Shown here: positions 19,994 to 30,376 of the stretch, one piece after another
How the letters are laid out: the number at the start of each line of letters is the position of its first letter
Numbering within the stretch: the first letter of the stretch is position 1
Assembly (NCBI GenBank): GCA_963804165.1
Contig: CAWDPO010000024.1
Span: forward strand, 174,098 to 238,097
Origin: an uncultured delta proteobacterium
Lineage (GTDB): Bacteria > Desulfobacterota > Binatia > UBA9968
Length of the DNA stretch: 64,000 nucleotides
Direction: 5' to 3'
Position numbers and translations under genes: made by a program
Notes under the pieces: model-generated
Told to the model about the DNA's origin: nothing
What the model saw: the letters and a program-made list of their open reading frames with translations, nothing else
Databases searched by the model: none

Positions 19994-20045
19994 AGTGGTT
20001 CGCTCTGCTCATTATTCCCACTCCGACTGAAATTTTGATTAGACC

Positions 20046-20771
20046 ATGACCCAGCCAAACGAACACCAAGGCCGCATTGCGGTCATCACCGGCGGCGGTG
20101 GCGCTATCGGCGGCGCGATCGCGCGCCGGCTGCACGATGAAGGCGCCGCCGTGCACGTGCTCGACTCGAAACTGTCGCCTACATCGGGATGGCGCTTTCA
20201 CACGGTCGATGTCGCCGATGAATCGGCGGTCGGCACAACCTTCGACGCCATCGGCAACTTGGCGGGCAGGATCGATTATCTCGTCTGCTGCGCGGGGATC
20301 TATCGCCCAATGCCTTTCTTGGAGCTTACTCTCGAAGACTGGCGGCAAACTCTACAAATTAATTTGACGGGCTACTTTCTCTGCTGTCGCGCCGCGCTCC
20401 GTTTCATGCGTCGGCAAAAATTTGGCCGGATCGTAATGTTTTCGTCGATGGCAGCGCGCACCGGAGGGGCGCAGGTCGCCCATTACGCCGCCTCAAAAGG
20501 CGGTATCCTCGGACTGGCGCGCTCTCTCGCAATGGAATCCGCCGCGGAAAATATTCGGGTCAACACCGTATCGCCGGTGATTACCGACACGCCGATGCCG
20601 CGGGCAGTATTATCCGATGAAGCAATGGAATCGCGAAAGGCACGCATTCCTTTGGGCCGCATCGGCCAAGTCGAGGACATGGCCGATGCCTGCATGTTTC
20701 TCTTGAGCGACGACAGCTCCTACGTGCTCGGCCAGGATCTCCGCGTCAATGGAGGCTCCACTTTGTGGTAG
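20046..20771 (+). CDS. SDR oxidoreductase (FabG-like)
   Basis: TGGGGAIG, YAASK and RVNTVSP. Confidence 0.85.
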   Translation: MTQPNEHQGRIAVITGGGGAIGGAIARRLHDEGAAVHVLDSKLSPTSGWRFHTVDVADESAVGTTFDAIGNLAGRIDYLVCCAGIYRPMPFLELTLEDWRQTLQINLTGYFLCCRAALRFMRRQKFGRIVMFSSMAARTGGAQVAHYAASKGGILGLARSLAMESAAENIRVNTVSPVITDTPMPRAVLSDEAMESRKARIPLGRIGQVEDMADACMFLLSDDSSYVLGQDLRVNGGSTLW

Positions 20772-21529
20772 AGCAGAGCAATCCACGCATAACGGTCATC
20801 ACCGGCGCCGGCAGCGGCATTGGACGCGCAACCGCGCTGCGCCTTGCCCGTAAAGGCGACAAAGTGTGTCTTTGCGATCTCAGCGAAGCCGGACTCGAGG
20901 AGACCGCGGCTCTCATTCAGTCGGACGGCAGCGCGGCATTCACTGGAATTGTCGACGTGCGCGATCAGGCGCAAGTGCAAGGTTGGATCGCAGAGATCAT
21001 CGGAAGATTCGGCAAGATCGATTGTCTATTCAGCAACGCCGGAGTGAACGCTCGTTCCACGGTCGCTGACATGACACTGGCGCAGTGGTCTTTGTTGATC
21101 GACACTCACGTCACGGGTACCTTCAACTTTTGCCAGGCGGTCCTTCGGAACATGGTTGAACGACATTGCGGATCGATCGTGATTACGTCATCCGATTTCG
21201 CGATTGTCGGCGTTCCCAACGCAGCGAATTACTGTGCGGCGAAGACGGCGTTGTATTCGCTGACGAAATCACTGGCGCTCGAATTCGCAATCCACGCCAT
21301 CCGCGTCAATGCGATCGGCCCCGGTCCCATCGATACACCGTTGCTTCGCGCCGGAAGGACGCCGGAAGAATACGCCAACGCCCGCAACGTTTTCGAAAGC
21401 CGACTGCCGATAAAGCGGCTCGGGCGGCCCGAGGAAGTCGCGGCGGTAGTCGATTTTCTGCTGAGCGACCGCGCTTCGTTTATTACCGGCCAGCTGGTCC
21501 AACCCAACGGCGGCCAGGTAATGTGGTAG
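20765..21529 (+). CDS. SDR oxidoreductase
   Basis: TGAGSGIG, SNAG, YCAAK and RVNAIGPG. Confidence 0.85.
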   Translation: MVEQSNPRITVITGAGSGIGRATALRLARKGDKVCLCDLSEAGLEETAALIQSDGSAAFTGIVDVRDQAQVQGWIAEIIGRFGKIDCLFSNAGVNARSTVADMTLAQWSLLIDTHVTGTFNFCQAVLRNMVERHCGSIVITSSDFAIVGVPNAANYCAAKTALYSLTKSLALEFAIHAIRVNAIGPGPIDTPLLRAGRTPEEYANARNVFESRLPIKRLGRPEEVAAVVDFLLSDRASFITGQLVQPNGGQVMW

Positions 21530-21632
21530 AAGCCCCCGCACTCCGCCGCTGCTTGGAAAACAGCGATTGATACGTGAAGCAATTGTTTCAGAAATAGGTT
21601 ATTTCATTGAAAGCCACATGAACTGAGCGAAT

Positions 21633-22520
21633 ATGAAACCGGCAAAATTTGACTATCACGATCCGACTTCCATTGATGAAGCCCTAGAATTGATGGCGCA
21701 GTTCGGCGATCAAGCGCGCCCGCTTGCCGGCGGTCAGAGTCTCGTGCCACTGATGAATTTTCGACTCCTGCGGCCGGCGCATCTGATCGATCTGAACGGC
21801 GTCAACGAGCTCAGCTATTTGACAGTGGACGATGCCACGCTGCGCATCGGTGCGACGACCCGCCAGCGTGAGCTCGAACGTTCGGCTGAGATCGCCAAAC
21901 GTTGGCCGCTGCTGCGCGACGCCGCTGCCTTTATCGGCCATATTCAAATACGCAACCGCGGCACGGTCGGCGGCAGTTTAGCGCACGCTTTTCCATCTGC
22001 CGAGCTGCCCGTGGCTATGGTGACGCTGGATGCGTCATTCGTTCTGTGCGACGAGGACAACCCGTCGCTCCGTGCGCGCTGAAGATTTTTTTCTTTCGTA
22101 CATGACCACCGCAATGCAGCCAGAAGAGCTGTTGTTGGAAATAAGCCGTCACAGCATTGCCGGCGAACACCGGTTGGTCGTACCAAGAAGTCAGCCGTCG
22201 ACATGGCGATTTTGCGCTGGCGGGAGCCGCCGCGGTCCTCGCTCTGGATGCAAACGGCTGCATCCACCATGCTCGCCTCACCCTCACCGGCACAACGCCG
22301 GTTCGCGCGACGCGAAGCGGAAGAGTTTTTGCTCGGACAAAAGCCTTCAGCAGCGCTGTTTCGCGACGCAGCGCGACGCGCAACTGACAACCTGGAACAG
22401 GATTCCGACATTCACGCCAGCGCCGAATATCGTCGCGCCGCCTGCACGGCGCTGGCTGGCCGCGCGCTCATGCAAGCGGCACAACGCGCAGCCGAGCCCA
22501 TGAAAGGAACGTCACAGTGA
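21633..22520 (+). CDS. Mo-hydroxylase FAD subunit (CoxM-like), frameshifted near 22070, 22180 and 22310
   Basis: MKPAKFDYH, LAGGQSLVP, QIRNRGTVGGS, RRHGDFA and SDIHASAEYR. Confidence 0.85.
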
Positions 22521-22996
22521 GCACCCGGCGGGTACGCCTAATTGTCAACGGGCACGAATACACCGGAGAAGTCGAACCACGCAAGCTTCTCACCGATTTC
22601 TTGCGCGACGATCTCGGACTCACGGGAACGCACGTTGGTTGTGAGCAGGGCGTTTGCGGCGCATGCACTGTTCTCTTGAACGGCGAGCCGGTGCGCTCAT
22701 GCTTGCTCTTCGCCGTACAAATGAACGGCGCAGAGTTAAAAACCGTGGAAGGGATCGCGCCCAACGCAACCGAGCTGCACCCGCTTCAGGAAAAGTTCTG
22801 GGAGCTGCACGGCTTGCAGTGCGGTTTCTGCACGCCGGGAATATTGCTCACCGCGGAAGCCTTATTGAAAGAGATACCGAATCCGAGCGAAGGGCAAATT
22901 CGCGAATGGCTTAGCGGCAATTTGTGCAGGTGCACCGGCTATCAAAATATCGTCACCGCGATCCAGGAAGCGGCAAAGACACTGGCGGAGACGTAA
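22517..22996 (+). CDS. Mo-hydroxylase 2x[2Fe-2S] subunit (CoxS-like)
   Basis: GCEQGVCGACTV, QCGFCTPG and NLCRCTGY. Confidence 0.92.
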   Translation: MSTRRVRLIVNGHEYTGEVEPRKLLTDFLRDDLGLTGTHVGCEQGVCGACTVLLNGEPVRSCLLFAVQMNGAELKTVEGIAPNATELHPLQEKFWELHGLQCGFCTPGILLTAEALLKEIPNPSEGQIREWLSGNLCRCTGYQNIVTAIQEAAKTLAET

Positions 22997-23025
22997 CATT
23001 CCGCAAGAAAGATATTAAGACATCC

Positions 23026-25332
23026 ATGGCGTACATCGGTTCGAGAGTTAAGCGCAAGGAAGACGTGAGGCTTTTGCGCGGCATCGGCAAATACGTCGGC
23101 GATATTCACCGCGCCGGCATGGTGCATGCAGCCATCTTACGCAGCACACATGCGCACGCGCGCATCGTCAAAATAGATGCGGCGGCGGCGCTGAAATTGC
23201 CTGGCGTTGTCGGCGTCCTCACGGCGGCCGACATGCCGGGACTGAAAACCATTCCGATGCGCACCGGAGTCATTCCCGGTTTAGAACGCTCGCAACAAAC
23301 TCCGATTGCGACGACAAAAGTCCGTTACGTCGGCGATCCGATCGCCGTAGTCGTCGCGGAAAATCGTTATATCGCTGAGGACGCTCTCGAATTGATCGAC
23401 GTTGAATACGCCGCGCTGGGAGCCGTCATCGATGCACGCGCGAGCATGCAACCGGGCGCGCCACAGCTCCACGACGCGACGCTGAACAACATCGCCGCCA
23501 ACTTTCAGGTCAATGTCGGCGATGTCGATAGCGCCTTCCGCGACTCCGACCTAATCATCGAAGAAGAATTCTCGACCCAGCGTCACTCCGCGGTGCCGCT
23601 CGAAAATCGCGGCTTGGTCGCCGAGTGGGACGATGGACGCGGGCTCCTGACCATGTGGGGTCCGACCAAGATGACCCATACCAATTGGCGCATTCTTTCC
23701 GAACTGATCGGTCTGCCACAGAGCTGTATTCACTTCATCGAGCCCGAAGTCGGCGGCGGCTTCGGCGCCCGCGGTGAATTCTATCCGGAAGATTTTCTGA
23801 TTCCCTTCGCCGCCATGCATTTCCATAAACCGATTTGCTGGATCGAAGACCGTTCGGAGAACCTCAAGGCGATGAATCAGTCGCGCCAGCAAAATCATCG
23901 AGTAAAAATCGGTGTAAAAAAAGACGGCACGATCATGGCGATGGACGCAGAAATACTGTTCGACATGGGCAGCTACACGCGCACCCACGGCGGCGTCCCG
24001 GCCATCGCCGCTTCGGCCATGCTGCGCGGTCCGTTTCGGGTAAAAAACTATCGCTGCAATGTTTTCTGCGTTCTGACCAACAAGACACCGTAGGCACCTA
24101 CCGCAGCCCCGGACGCTACGAAGCGAATTTCGTGCGCGAACGGTTAATGGATATGGTCGCGCATCGCCTAAAGGTCGATCCCGCGGACGTAAGAAGACGC
24201 AATCTGATCCGCCATGAAGAAATGCCCTATGATCTGGGCAAGCATCCTTTTCACTACATGGTTTATGACACCGGCGATTTGCCGGGTCAGTTCGAGCGCG
24301 CGCTCGAGCGCTTCGGCTATGAAGATCTCAAGGCCACCTGCGCCGCGGCAAAGCTCGAAGGCCGCGCCGTCGGCATCGGCATCGGCTGCTTCGTCGAAAC
24401 CAGCGGCATCGGCCCGTGGGAGTACGCCCGGATCGAAGTCGACAATGCCGGTCAGGTCGTTCTTTACTCCGGCTGCAACTCAGTCGGCCAAGGCATCGCG
24501 ACGGCGCTGAGCCAGATCGTTGCCGATGAGCTGCAAGTTGCCATAGAGAATGTGCGCGTCGTGCACGGCGACACGGCAAAAGTTCCCTATGGCAACGGCA
24601 GCAACGCCAGCCGTTCCACCGTGATGGCCGGCAGCGCCGCGGTCGGCGCGTCGCGCAAAGTCAAAGACAAACTCTTGCGGCTGGCATCGGCTGGTTTGGA
24701 AATCGACGCGGCGGATTTAATTTTGCGCGATGGCCACGTCATCGCCCGCGGCGCACCTGAGCGCGCTCTCAGCTTTAAAGAGCTCGCGCGCTTGGCGTTG
24801 CCCGGTCCGGCGCTCAAGAGCGGCATGACGCCCGGCATTTCCGAAGAAGATTTTTTCGCCACCGATAAGCGGCCTTTTCCTTACGGCGTGCACGTCGCGG
24901 CGGTGGAAGTTGACAAGGAAACCGGCAAAATCAAAATCCTCGATTATCTCGTGACTGAAGACGTCGGACGAAAAATCAATCCTATGATCATCGAAGGCCA
25001 AATGGCCGGCGGTCTGGCGCAAGGAATCGGCGGGGCGATGCTGGAAGAGTTCGTTTACGATGAAGACGGCCAACCGTTGTCGACGAACTTCATGGATTAT
25101 TTGCTGCCGACGGCGATGGAAGATGCCCAAAGCGCAGCTCATTTCGACCGAAGATTTTCCGAGCCCGCATAATCCGCTCGGCGTGAAAGGCGCGGGCGAA
25201 GGCGGCATCACCGCGGCGGGTGCGGCGTTGGCAAACGCCGTGTCCAATGCGTTGGGTGTCGAAGTCAAAAAATTGCCGCTCAAGCCGGACTACATTCTTC
25301 AGCTGATAAAAGACACAGAAGCCACAGGATAA
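23026..25332 (+). CDS. Mo-hydroxylase molybdopterin subunit (CoxL/xanthine dehydrogenase family), frameshifts near 24091 and 25122
   Basis: RKEDVRLLRG, VGGGFG, GTYRSPGR, GQGIAT, VHGDT, GQMAGGLAQGIG and GVKGAGEGG. Confidence 0.88.
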
Positions 25333-25370
25333 AATTCGAATTTCACCGATTGATCAAGAGTAAGATTGCG

Positions 25371-26336
25371 ATGACGGCTCACGAAATTATCGACGTCCAC
25401 GCTCACGTCTACCCCGAAGGCTGTTTGACGGAAGTCATCAAGAGCCGTGCCGACTTCAAGGTCATCGACAGTCCGCGCGGCCGGTCGCTCGTGTATCACG
25501 GCAGCCACGTCATGTCGGTGCCCATCGAGCAAGAGAATTTGCCGAGGCGCCTGGCTTCCATGGATCAAGCGGGCATCGGTATGGCGATACTTTCGGTGGG
25601 CGCGCTGAATATCGGTTGGGCCGGCGCCGGCGACGCAGCGGCAGCGCGCTTCGTCAATGACGGGCTTGCCGCCGTTTGCCGGCAACATCCAACTCGTTTT
25701 CGATTTGTCGCCGTGCTGCCGTGCACAAACCATGGCGAATTGACGAAGGAACTAGATCGCGCGCTCGGTCTGGGCGCCGTCGGAGTGGGCATCGCAACCA
25801 ATGTCGGCGACTTTCAGCTCCACGCGCCTGAGCTTCGAAAGTTCTGGCGTGAGATGAGCCGCCGTAAGCTTATGGTGTTGGTGCACCCCACCTGCCCTTG
25901 CGACGGGCCGCAGAACGATCCGGGAACTTTTCTATCCGTAGGATATCCGGGCGAAACCGCGATGGCGGCAACCAAGCTCGCTCTCTCCGGAATTCTCGAA
26001 GAGTGCCCCGACGCAAAAATCGTTTGGTCACACCTCGGCGGCGGTTTAGCGATGATCCTGGATCGCATCGATCGCGGCTATCAACGCTATTCGAATTGCC
26101 CGCACCCGCCCAGTTACTATTTGCGTCGCTGCTACTTCGACACGGCGTGTATTCATGGTCCGGCGTTGGAATGCGCTCGCGCGACTTGGGGCGTCGACAC
26201 ACTGGTTTTCGGCACGGATGCGCCGCATGTGCCGAACGCCGAGAGGGCCACCGTCGCCGCATTAAAAAATACCGGATGGCCGGCGTCTGAGCTCGATAAT
26301 ATTTTTGGCGGGATGGTGCGCAAATTGATGGTGTAG
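25371..26336 (+). CDS. amidohydrolase_2 family (ACMSD/LigW-like decarboxylase or hydratase)
   Basis: IIDVHAH, VLVHP, SHLGGG, YFDT and FGTDAPH. Confidence 0.82.
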   Translation: MTAHEIIDVHAHVYPEGCLTEVIKSRADFKVIDSPRGRSLVYHGSHVMSVPIEQENLPRRLASMDQAGIGMAILSVGALNIGWAGAGDAAAARFVNDGLAAVCRQHPTRFRFVAVLPCTNHGELTKELDRALGLGAVGVGIATNVGDFQLHAPELRKFWREMSRRKLMVLVHPTCPCDGPQNDPGTFLSVGYPGETAMAATKLALSGILEECPDAKIVWSHLGGGLAMILDRIDRGYQRYSNCPHPPSYYLRRCYFDTACIHGPALECARATWGVDTLVFGTDAPHVPNAERATVAALKNTGWPASELDNIFGGMVRKLMV

Positions 26337-26342
26337 CAGATT

Positions 26343-26408
26343 TGTTCAAGGTTCAATGTTCAAGCGTTCAAGGTCAGAATCCCATTTTGAACTTTTGAGC
26401 CTTTAAAC
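26343..26408. repeat. short tandem 7-8-mer (gttcaa) repeat with inverted copies
   Basis: gttcaag gttcaat gttcaagc gttcaag ... ttgaac ttttgagc ctttaaac. Confidence 0.6.
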
Positions 26409-26433
26409 GATAAGCAAGGAGAGCGCGCAATTG

Positions 26434-26544
26434 ATGGTTTGTCCCTATGATGACGAACGGTTGTTGCTATTTCTGCAAGTCGATCACTCGACGGCTGCTG
26501 GACTGGGAGATCAAGCCGCAGCTCAACGCGAAATCCGGGGCTAG
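26434..26544 (+). pseudogene. internally deleted remnant of a third DUF3891 gene
   Basis: RBS AAGGAG. MVCPYDDERLLLFLQVDHS matches MAYPYDDARIIVALQIDHS of 18941. The shifted frame LDWEIKPQLNAK matches WEWEMKPSTLNDK. Confidence 0.65.
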
Positions 26545-26633
26545 TTAAAAAGAGAAATTACAGTATAGAATAACGTAAGTACCCGCGCTCTCACTTGGTG
26601 ACTGAAACCTCTCTCGCTTACGGAGGATTGAAC

Positions 26634-27476
26634 ATGATTATCTCGGAAAACTCGGAACACTATCGGATGATCACACAGAACGATCATGGCGATCTCGCTG
26701 GGCAATTCGCCGCCCATTGGGGCAACGACCGATTCACCAAGCTCAATCCGTATCACTCGATGGTGCTGGCCGCAGAGACTCACGACAACGGCTGGTGGGA
26801 TTGGGACATTTATCCTTCCATCGATGACAGCGGAGCGCCCATACCGTTCACCCGCACGCCGCGCGAATTCCGGTCGAATTTCTACGGCAAGGGTATCGAC
26901 AATGTCATCACACGAGATCTCTATGCCGGTCTAATCGTAAGCATGCATGGCGTCGGATTGGGGCAGAAGCGCTACGGCACCATGCCCTCGATGGTCGAAC
27001 GCGACGATCCTTATTCTCAAAAATTCATCGCCGAGCGCGAGCCCACTCACAAAGAGATGATCGACAAGCTAAATAGGACGGAACAATACGCCGGGCTCAC
27101 GAGCAAAGAGCAGCTTTGGCATAACTATCTCTTGATGCAGGTATTCGACCGGCTGTCGCTTTTTTTGTGCTCTAATTTTGACATCACGACCGTGCCGGCC
27201 GCCGGCTCGCATACTAAAGAAGGTAAAGCTTATTACGGCTCGACAATTAAACCGGCGCCGATGAAACCCGATCACCAAGATGGCGAGATTCAACTTCGGG
27301 TCGTGGACCGGCAAACGATCAGCGTCGATCCTTACCCGTTCGATCAATCACCATTGCCAGTGAGCGTCCGCGGGAAGCTCATCCCGAAGCGCAAGTACAG
27401 TTCGCAGGAGGAATTTAGAGAAATTTACGGCAAAGCCCAACGGCAAGAGTTCACGTTTACTTTACTTAAGGATTGA
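26634..27476 (+). CDS. DUF3891 family protein (HD-like)
   Basis: RBS GGAGG; QNDHGDLAGQFAAHWGN, THDNGWWDWD, YAGLIVSMH, FDRLSL and DPYPFD. Confidence 0.8.
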   Translation: MIISENSEHYRMITQNDHGDLAGQFAAHWGNDRFTKLNPYHSMVLAAETHDNGWWDWDIYPSIDDSGAPIPFTRTPREFRSNFYGKGIDNVITRDLYAGLIVSMHGVGLGQKRYGTMPSMVERDDPYSQKFIAEREPTHKEMIDKLNRTEQYAGLTSKEQLWHNYLLMQVFDRLSLFLCSNFDITTVPAAGSHTKEGKAYYGSTIKPAPMKPDHQDGEIQLRVVDRQTISVDPYPFDQSPLPVSVRGKLIPKRKYSSQEEFREIYGKAQRQEFTFTLLKD

Positions 27477-27682
27477 ATTTTCAATTCGGCATCCCGGTTA
27501 ATGTTGCCATGAAGGCAATCAGGCACACATCCGTACAGATGCATAAGCGCATGTTGATCTTCAGAGAGAGGACGTGGCCGCAGCATTCGGAACCGGGCCG
27601 AAGATTGAAGTGGTACACAGGCATGGTAGACAGAAGGCTGCAGCGTCCCGCAGTAGACTCGCAAGCGCTTGATTTCACTTTT

Positions 27683-27777
27683 GGAGAAGGAAGGTGCCCG
27701 GTGGTGCCGCTGGTCTTCAAAACCAGTCTGGGGGCCGTAAGGTCCCCGGAGGGTTCGACTCCCTCCCTTCTCCGCCA
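27683..27777 (+). tRNA. selC: tRNA-Sec (anticodon UCA)
   Basis: 8-bp acceptor GGAGAAGG/CCTTCTCC, anticodon arm CTGGT-CTTCAAA-ACCAG, long variable arm, GGTTCGACTCC T-loop and encoded GCCA end; 95 nt. Confidence 0.95.
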
Positions 27778-27823
27778 AGAAAGTTTTTTTATATTCAGCA
27801 GTTAACTTTTGCGGATTGCGCTT

Positions 27824-27863
27824 GTAGCCCATCGGTAGCCCAAAACCACTTAAACGTAGCACC
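27824..27863 (+). mobile_element. integrase arm-site-like direct repeats (island att end)
   Basis: GTAGCCCA at 27824 and 27835 (11-nt spacing) and GTAGCACC at 27856, just 3' of the tRNA. Confidence 0.45.
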
Positions 27864-27926
27864 ATTATTATTCACGGCAGTATTCGCCGATGTCCCGATT
27901 TGTTCCTCGGTAATGACGGCGTCACG

Positions 27927-28058
27927 TTATTCCATTTTGAACAGATCGTCCGAGTATAGTTCTTCGAGCGCAACGTAGTTCTGGCTCTTGAGTGCGCCAT
28001 AGAAGACTTCGTTGCGGATCTTCAGGACCTCATCTGCGGTCAAGTGATTTGGCTCCAT
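27927..28058 (-). pseudogene. truncated NTF2/DUF4440-like fragment
   Basis: MEPNHLTADEVLKIRNEVFYGALKSQNYVALEELYSDD resembles the first helices of NTF2-like proteins and then stops. Confidence 0.4.
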
Positions 28059-28060
28059 GA

Positions 28061-28393
28061 TCATTCCCCTTTTAAGGTGCGCGCCACCAAGTCTGTAAAC
28101 AGACGAACAAACTCCTGCTGCTCGGTTGCTGTCCGCTGAGGCCAATATCGACCGAGCGCCTCTCGAGCAAACTCTTCCCGATCGAAATTGGCCAAAATCA
28201 CCTGCTCAGCTTTAGCGAGTCGTTCCTGGCGGCGAGCAGCGCCCTGGTAGGCGGTGTCCTGGAGGACGGTAAGCGTTTCCCGCACTGCAGCTCGAATCGT
28301 GGCCAGAGGAGAATCCGCACCCAATGCGCTGACAGACAGCAACAAGAGACTCATCGCGGCGGTTCCGCTGATCACTGACCTAAAACGATTCAT
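28061..28393 (-). pseudogene. truncated MlaC/Ttg2D phospholipid-binding protein
   Basis: Signal peptide and FDREEFAREALGRYW...EQQEFVRLFTDL; only 110 aa, C-terminal half missing. Confidence 0.65.
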
Positions 28394-28410
28394 TGCCTCA
28401 TCCTGATTCG

Positions 28411-28745
28411 TTAATACTCGCCTGTCTTGAGTCTATCGATTTCCCTCTGCTGTCGATTGATCTCTTGCTGCTGCTCGTCGATTCTGTGTTGCTGTTGGTT
28501 TTCTTCTGTCTCACGGCCTTGAAGCTGGTCGCAATCAGAGCGCCTGCTCCCAGGCCAAGCAAACCACCAATGGCGGCGCCGGCTCCGGCGTGTCCAACAG
28601 TGCTGCCGATGATCCCGCCCGCCGCCGCACCACCCAGGGTGCCGATCCCAGCTCCCTTTTCACGCGTGGTTAACGGCGTGGAGCATCCTGCCAAAGCCGC
28701 TGCTACAAGTGCTGAAGCGGAATATGCCACTATCTGTTTTTTCAT
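28411..28745 (-). CDS. glycine-zipper lipoprotein (one frameshift)
   Basis: Lipobox LAGC, REKGAGIGTLGGAAAGGIIG...GAAIGGLLGLGAGALI; the alternative frame gives a Q/E-rich coiled-coil tail. Confidence 0.75.
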
Positions 28746-29043
28746 AACTATTTCTCCTACTGGTTTATGCGTCATCCGACCTTTTTCCTGCAGCAAGACC
28801 GCGCGAGTGTACCCCGGTCGCCGGTGCGCCAATGGCTTTGGCCGCGCGATCGTTGAGATCCATACCGGCGTGGGTCTGTGCTAGAGCATTAGCCGTGATG
28901 ATCCACATAAATAAAACGATGAGTAAGACGGCTACTAGCGCAACTACGTCACTGCCGATGTTCATCACTCCTCCTCGACAATCTTGATTGAACCGAAACG
29001 GCTTTTTGTGCGCCGGCCAGGTATGTAGTAAACTTCTCAGCGC

Positions 29044-29538
29044 TTAGAGCTCGCCTCTGATCTCCGCCAAGAACCACGTCCGCTGCTCGCTCTCGTCGAT
29101 CCAAACCTCGATCAGATTCGCCGCGGCGACATCGTTGTGCCGGTCGCAAACTTCGTGTGCGGCTCGCAAGCTCCGCGTCAATTGCTGGTTGTCCTCGCAC
29201 AACTCGGCGATCATTTCATGCGGGCTCACGCCTTCTTTGTTGTTGTCTTTGAGCCGCTGATTGCGCGCAATATCGCTGATCGAACGAATCGTTGTGCCGC
29301 CGATCTTGCGCGCCCGTTCGGCGATCGTATCCGTCATCGCGAAAATCTGCGTCGCCTGCTCGTCGAGCAGCAAGTGATAATCGCGAAAGTGCCGTCCACT
29401 GATGTGCCAGTGAAAGTTCTTCGTCTTCAAGTAAAGTGCGAATACGTCGGCAAGCATTCTTCGTAAGTTGCTCGAAATTTCCTCGACTGCATCGCCGCCC
29501 AAATCGGACACCCTTCCCTTGTCATTGTTCTCTGTCAT
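29044..29538 (-). CDS. dps: Dps DNA starvation/stationary-phase ferritin-like protein
   Basis: LYLKTKNFHWH.SG.HFRDYHLLLDEQ...DTIAER and EQRTWFL. Confidence 0.93.
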   Translation of the reverse strand: MTENNDKGRVSDLGGDAVEEISSNLRRMLADVFALYLKTKNFHWHISGRHFRDYHLLLDEQATQIFAMTDTIAERARKIGGTTIRSISDIARNQRLKDNNKEGVSPHEMIAELCEDNQQLTRSLRAAHEVCDRHNDVAAANLIEVWIDESEQRTWFLAEIRGEL

Positions 29539-29553
29539 GGTCCTGTTCTCCTC

Positions 29554-29751
29554 TCAGTGATTTCGTTCCAACTCTTTGCTTTCCGTGCCATCTCGATTTA
29601 CTTGACCGACCAGTCGGCTCAGTACCTCGCTAGAATTTCCGCCAACTTTCGCTCGCTCGCCGGCGAGCGTCGATGTTCCGAGAAATGAAAAATCAGAAGA
29701 GACGTCTTTAAAAACAATCTGACGAACTTTCGGATGAAGATTTTTTTTCAT
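29554..29751 (-). pseudogene. truncated duplicate of ribosomal protein L31 type B
   Basis: [28 protein letters not shown] nearly matches the N-terminus of 45206..45451, including the RBS region, then diverges. Confidence 0.75.
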
Positions 29752-29899
29752 TTCGTTGTATCCTTCGATTGGCACTGTTCCTAGTGCTGAAACCGATGCT
29801 GTATCGGCGCGAGCGGCTGAGTCGACTCACGCGCGCGCGAACTGCCGCGCGGGGCTATCGTTCCTACCTTGCTGCGGCTTGACTGGCCCAATATCCTCG

Positions 29900-30302
29900 T
29901 CACGTCGGAAACTTTTCCCCGAACATGGGGAGTCCGCTCTTTGACTGTTGCTGGGTAGCCTCATCTTGTATTACGTCCCAGTGCTCCACCAGAATCCCGC
30001 TCTCGATGCGAAGAATGTCCGCCGCGATCCAGTTCACGGGCTGGCCAAAGCCCGAAAATCGCCCGTGCACGATCACGAAGTCTCCCTCAGCCACGATCGT
30101 TCCGGGTTCGTACTTCAACATTGGTGGGAGGCTCTTGATAAGATTGAAGAGACCCTCGCGGCCAGGCGCGATATGCGCGCTGTGCTGAATGTAGTCAGGA
30201 GACCAGAAGCGCTCAGCAACTGCATAGTCACGCTTGTTGAACAGCGTGTCGAAGGCGCCGAGTACCAGCGCCTTGTTCCGTTCCTGTACCGTCTCACTCA
30301 TA
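29900..30302 (-). CDS. SnoaL-like/NTF2 family protein
   Basis: NKALV..AFDTLFN, YIQHSAHIAPGREG, AEGDFVIVH and VEHWDVIQ. Confidence 0.8.
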
Positions 30303-30376
30303 ACAACCCCCTCCTCGTTTCGAGACCGCTGCGTTGGAGTAGTCATCTTAGGAGTACTCGCATTCACTCCGCACTC

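Noticed and set aside
24091-24093. TAG ending the first CoxL-like ORF as a recoded (Pyl/Sec) codon
   Set aside because: The protein continues in a different frame (KTP-VGTYRSPG), so this is a 1-nt deletion, and it is not a TGA.
21633-25332. Aerobic CO dehydrogenase
   Set aside because: Lacks the AYRCSFR loop and the coxDEFG accessory genes.
26343-26408. CRISPR-like repeat array
   Set aside because: Units are 7-8 nt with no spacers, and there are no cas genes. No regularly spaced 25-45 nt repeats were seen anywhere in the window.
27425-27978. ORFs 27425..27865, 27473..27805, 27481..27720 and 27694..27978
   Set aside because: They overlap the tRNA-Sec gene and show no recognisable motifs.
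8425-28393. Selenoprotein genes near tRNA-Sec
   Set aside because: I found no in-frame TGA aligned to a Cys position with continuing homology, and no selA/selB/selD in the window. This was a by-eye check only.
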